63,499 nucleotides of DNA from NCBI GenBank assembly GCA_031835245.2, contig JAVKOQ020000085.1:124001-187499 (forward strand), in the 5' to 3' direction. The DNA comes from Balamuthia mandrillaris. Taxonomy: Eukaryota. The notes under the pieces are model-generated. The model was given only the letters and a program-made list of their open reading frames with translations, was not told where the DNA came from and ran no database searches. Each line of letters begins with the position of its first letter. Position 1 is the stretch's first letter. Shown here in pieces: positions 58,831 through 63,499 of this stretch. The position numbers were made by a program, and so were the translations under genes.

Positions 58831-61800
58831 TTACATTACTTCCAAAGACTGATAAAATGCAGAAGAACTTCCATGCTTCCAACTTGCTCTTGCTGCCCAT
58901 AATCTCCAGACTCGTTTACAACTTTGCTTACATTGTTCCATCTCTTGAGCTCTGTTACATTTCTTTCCACTTGACAGGAGCTTTGTTGTACAGTCTTCTA
59001 TAATCAGCTTTCTGACTTGTTCTTCACTTCCATTGTCCACACTCCAGATTCTAAAGCGATCTTCCCAAAGGTTAGGACACCTTAACAGGAAGTGTTCTGC
59101 TGTTTCTTCCTCAGCATCACATGCAGGGCACTTGCTATCCACCTCAGACTGCTGAATGGATCCCCACTTTTTTCCAATAGGCAGGCCACCACAGCGAATA
59201 GCATTCATCAAACGTTCTTTCCTTGGGTTGGTAATCACTAAGCTCCGTTGTTGTCCAACCAAACATCTTCCATTTGTCAAGAAGTTATGCCATAGCCATG
59301 CTCTTGTTCCTCTTTCTCCTTCAGCTGCATACTCCATCTTGGCTACTCGAGTTAAGGCCCTCATCCTCTTGGCTTTCTTTTCAACAACTGTCGTTCCGTC
59401 ACCTCCCTCACCTTCATTCTTCTCCCCTTCCTCATCACTTGCTTGGCTTACCTCTTCAAGTAGCTCAAAGTGGCCATCTTGCCTCTCAGCATGATGAATT
59501 ACTGCTTGTCTTTCCAACTCACAGTAGGCCTTGATGGTCAACCAGCCCAATTCTGCTCTACAAACCCCCGCCACAGTCCTTCGATGAACTTGCAATACAC
59601 TTCTTGCTGTCTCATTCCACACTGCTTCGATCTTCTTCCACCATTATTTGGAAAGCTCTGTCATACATAATCCATATGACAAGGTAGACTTGACAATAGC
59701 CTCTGCAGCAATCTGGGCAGTGCGTGTACCAAGGCCTTGGGCAATGGCTCCCCGCTGCCTAAGGCTGTAGAGGGCTTGCTTGGCCTTGGTGATCCTCTCC
59801 TTGGCATGAGTTGTCCATTCCCCACTTTCTTCAAACCACAGTCCCAGGTACTTGGCCTCCTTCCCCCGTTTCACAGCCTCCCCCTTCAGTCTCCACTCTT
59901 GAAAATGAGCCTTCTTTCCTTGTACTAGCACCACTGATTTCTTTGCATTGAACTGAAGTCCCAGAGCATTCACTGCCTCCACTGCTACATTCAATCTTCT
60001 CTGAAGCTCAAATGGGTCGCTGGCCACCACTGCCAAGTCATCTGCAAACAACAAGCAAACATTCCTTGCTTTATCTCCTCTTTCCTTCTCCTCTGCAGCT
60101 TGTAGCTTTCTTGCCACCACATCAATGTATACATTGAACAAGAATGGAGACAAAACTCCTCCTTGCTTAACTCCTCTTTCCACCAGAAATTCCTCTGAAA
60201 GCTGCCCATTCATGCGAATAACACTCGTCATACCATGGTACCCCTCTGTAATGATACCCACTGCTGCCTCTTCTGCTCCTCTTTTGCGTAATGTCCTTGC
60301 CAGTATGTCATGGTCAAGCATGTCATATGCCTTGCTGATATCCAACAGAGCAATATAGGTACGTTCTTTGCTTCTCTTCATCAGGCATTTCTTCAACCGC
60401 CACACCTGATCCATGACTCCCCTTCCTTTTCTAAATCCACCCTGGCAATTACTTATCCACCCTTGCTCTCTTGCTTGTATGTTCAATTGTACCAAGATAG
60501 CTCCTTCAAACACCTTGGCTGCATTGCATAGGAGAGTAATACCTCTATAGTTTGCTGGATTCTGGGGATCTCCTGCCTTATGCAAGGGAATATCCACCCC
60601 CTGTTTCCACTCCTTGGGGAATATGCCTTGGTTCTCAATGACCTTGATCAGCGTCCAAGTTGCATCTTGCACATGTTTGCCTCCATACTTCATCATTTCC
60701 CCATCAATATTGTCCACCCCAGCTGCTTTGCCCACCCTCAATCTTTTCCTCCATGCAAGATTAAAACTCTCCTTCTTAAGCCAGTTACTACCAGACCAAG
60801 GCAGTCCTTCTGGACCTGCTTCCTCTCGATGCAAGCTCCCAATGGAAGAATCCTTCCTTCCCAGCTTTGCCCAATGTTCCTTGAAGGCTGCCGTGCTACC
60901 GTGGTGCTCCCTAACTGCTTTGGGCTCTGCTCTACGCTTTGCCACTATCCTCCACATGTTGCCGATCCATTTCTGCATTTCCTTGATGTTCTCTTGTCTT
61001 TTCCACTTCATCCAGTCCCATTTGTTGGCTCTCCACAACTTCACAAACCTTTTCCTGAGTTCCACAAATTCCTCTCTGGCCTTTCCATCATTCTTTCCTT
61101 CTCTTAGCCACTGAGCATGGGCTATCACTACCTGCTTGTTCAAGGATGTTAACTCTGCTGTCCACCATGGCTTCCTTGCCCTGCTCGTTGTTGCTCCTAT
61201 CAGTCTCCTTTCACTACCAAACCATCTCATTGCACAATCCCACAATCCTTTTTTCCACTTGCTCCAAAGATCTTCAACAGTAGCTGTTCCCTCCCGTGTT
61301 TTCTTGACCATGGCCTTCCATTCCTCTCCTTTGAAGAAACGCTTGCACCCGCGTTTGTACTCCCTCCACCTCCTCTTGCGATCTTCCTCCGAGTAGGACT
61401 TCCACTTCCATCGTTCCATCCAAACCCCGCCACAATTATCTGCTGGGTCCTTCAACTCGACTACCAGTGGTCGATGATCGGTCCAAGCTTGCCATCTGTC
61501 CCCAACTACCTTGCCCGTCCATCTCCATGCTACCACATAGTCCACAATGCTCTTTCGTTTTCCAGCTCTCCATGTAAATACTGGCGCTTCCTCTTCGAGC
61601 TGAGGCAACGAGAGGGCCAGCCTTTTGAAAGCCTCCACCAACACCTTTCCTCTCGTGTTGTAAGTAGATTCACCTCTACCATTCCATCCCTTTCCAACCC
61701 TGGCGTTCCAATCCCCTCCAATAATCAGGGGTCTTCCTTCCTTGACCACGTCCAGGATTCTTTTCTCAATCGCAGCCAAGGTGACCTTAAAGTTGTCCAC

Positions 61801-62136
61801 GGTACCTCCTGGAGGGAGATACACTATACCGATTATAAAGATGCAACCCTGTCCCGCCAGTTCCACCCAAGTGGAGTTGGGTGTTCGCCACTCTTTCCTT
61901 TCTCCGATGTTCCCCTTGAAGCCCTCTCGAACAAAGAAACCTGCGCCACCCCTTCCATAGCCACTCCTCCCTGGAGCAGCCCCTCCACCCATCCACCGAT
62001 ACCCCACCAATCGAGGGGCAACCATCCTCCTATGTTCGCACACTCCAATAATGTCAAATTGCTTACTGTCAGCCCAACAGCTGACCAATTCCTCTTGTCC
62101 CCAGCCCCTAGAGTTGACAAACGCTACTGAAGTCAT
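58831..62136 (-). CDS. LINE ORF2: AP endonuclease, reverse transcriptase and C-terminal zinc finger; one in-frame TAA at 59644-59646
   Basis: VNSRG, CEH, GDWNA, VDYV, TDHRP (APE); NYRGITLL, DISKAYD, GVKQGGVLSPFLFN, LFADD, KYLG (RT); CPAC...HFLLRC. Confidence 0.9.
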
Positions 62137-63488
62137 TGGGTCTCCTCTCCTTCCTCCTCCACAATGTCAGACCAGTTGGCAGCACCATGATACACCTCCT
62201 CAGCCAGCGCGATGCTTGAGAGTTCCAAAGAGCTGTCCAAGGCCACTGTTCCAACATTCTCCTCCTTTTCCTTCTTCTTCTCCATCTTTCTTTGCTCTTT
62301 AGGCTTCCACAGCGGTTTACCTTCATTCTTGGCTTCTTCAATTCGGGCTTTGCCCACCCACCCGCGGGTAAAAGCATACAGCCTGGCTCTTTCCGCAATA
62401 ATGTCTTCGGCAGCCTGGGCCGTCTCCAAAGTAACTCCCCAATGCTGCGTGCCATTCTTCTCTCCTACTTTCCACACTCCGACGTGCTTGAGCCCCAGCT
62501 CGAAGATCCTCTCACTTACCTTTTCCTTCTTAAGGTCCTTACCGCTCACCCCAATCGATCTGCCCTCCACCGCCCCTACCTTGGAGTAGGGACTGGCAAA
62601 GCCATACTTTGGTTTTACTGTAGACCAATAGTTCGGGTCGGTTACTGTATCTTTGGTCCACGTCCTCCTGTATATGTTGGAGTTATCCTGCCAACATATC
62701 CCTTGTTCCTTTGCCATTTATTCCTTCCAGTATTCCAAGCTTGGCGCGCTGACCGTAGTTGCCGTTGGAGGGAAATTCCTTTCCGCAGTAATCATATCAC
62801 ACCGCGGAGCTGATCCGACCACCTCCGCGTAAGACCGTTGGGAACCCAGAGTAAGGCCGCCTTTGGTACTATTTGCACTTCCTTTTTCCACCATAAGATT
62901 ATTGATCTCCTTGTCGAGGGATTCAATCAGGTCCCTGAATCGTACAATCACTGCGAGTGAGAGTACGCCTGCCTCGGAGAGCTTACCACACTCGTGAGAA
63001 ACACGGCTAATACAATCAAACAGCAGCGCCACTTGACTATTGGTTCGCTCCTTAACGCCGGCTGCACTGACTGAGTCCGAATCAATCTTCCCCTTGGGCA
63101 CAACACTTGTCCCTTCCTCTCGGCGGGGCGAATCCGCTACCGAGTTACACTGATCCTCTGCCCCTCTGTCGTCCTCCTCCTTTTGGTTCACCCTGGGAGA
63201 AGGAATCTTGACTGTGGTAGTGTTCAGGTGCCCATACTTTTCCACCGCCAACTTGAACGCTTCCTCCAGAAACTGATTTAGCTTGTCCCCTTTGACAAAA
63301 CCCTCGGGGATCTTTGCCTCTTTTTGCACAGCTTGCAAAGCGGGCTTCCACGAACGATTACCGTTTAGGGTCCCCAGTCTAAGACGTTCCTTCATGGCCA
63401 GATCCACCCATCGACGTAGGACCTGTTCCCTCTCCTGACTGTCAATCAATTCAGTGCTCTTGCGTGGCAGAGTCCTATTTTTCCGCAT
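62133..63488 (-). CDS. LINE ORF1 region, split by in-frame TAA at 62718-62720
   Basis: Two in-frame ORFs upstream of ORF2; coiled-coil-like segment followed by SYAEVV, then a possible RRM-like segment. Confidence 0.65.
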
Positions 63489-63499
63489 TTTTCCTACCT

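Larger units (their letters stand above)
58627..63499 (-). mobile_element. APE-type non-LTR retrotransposon (LINE; RTE/RTEX-like by motifs), 5' end outside window
   Basis: ORF1 region, ORF2 with endonuclease, RT and CCHC finger, 3' UTR ending in TTATTACTACTACTACT; intronless. Confidence 0.92.

Noticed and set aside
58306..58892. LTR pair or CRISPR-like repeat
   Set aside because: The repeat is the 3' end of a non-LTR element with tail and TSD; no TG...CA termini, no integrase, no spacer array
59156..62813. Long antisense ORFs over the LINE (and over MCM4 and PELP1)
   Set aside because: Shadow frames of real coding sequence with no independent motifs

Overview
Gene-dense, intron-rich eukaryotic nuclear DNA with short GT-AG introns, CTAAC/CTGAC branch points and long intronic microsatellites. 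Gene content and style suggest a free-living amoebozoan-type protist; this is inference, not a taxonomic assignment. About 22 spliced protein-coding genes are packed mostly head-to-head or tail-to-tail: CTNNBL1 (partial), importin-9, an RNase II/Dss1-like exoribonuclease, a double RasGEF, PELP1/Rix1, SPRING1-like, eIF2-gamma, SmD3, a periplasmic-binding-protein/methyltransferase fusion, MCM4, an ABC1/ADCK kinase, UBE2C, a 2xArfGAP-5xPH protein, a longin/roadblock-like protein, ARFRP1, a DEAD-box helicase, an RPRD/Rtt103 CID protein, CFAP20, a 5'-less synapsin-like gene, a long disordered protein, eIF3f and RABL3. The last ~5.2 kb holds an APE-RT non-LTR retrotransposon next to a 5'-truncated relative that has a 14-bp target-site duplication. 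The most notable points are the in-frame PBP2-methyltransferase fusion, two LINE insertions at essentially the same site within a CpG-depleted zone, paired tRNA-like B-box hairpins in a bidirectional promoter, and an identical E2F-type motif upstream of the two cell-cycle genes. Exon boundaries were inferred by eye and feature coordinates span whole genes including introns.
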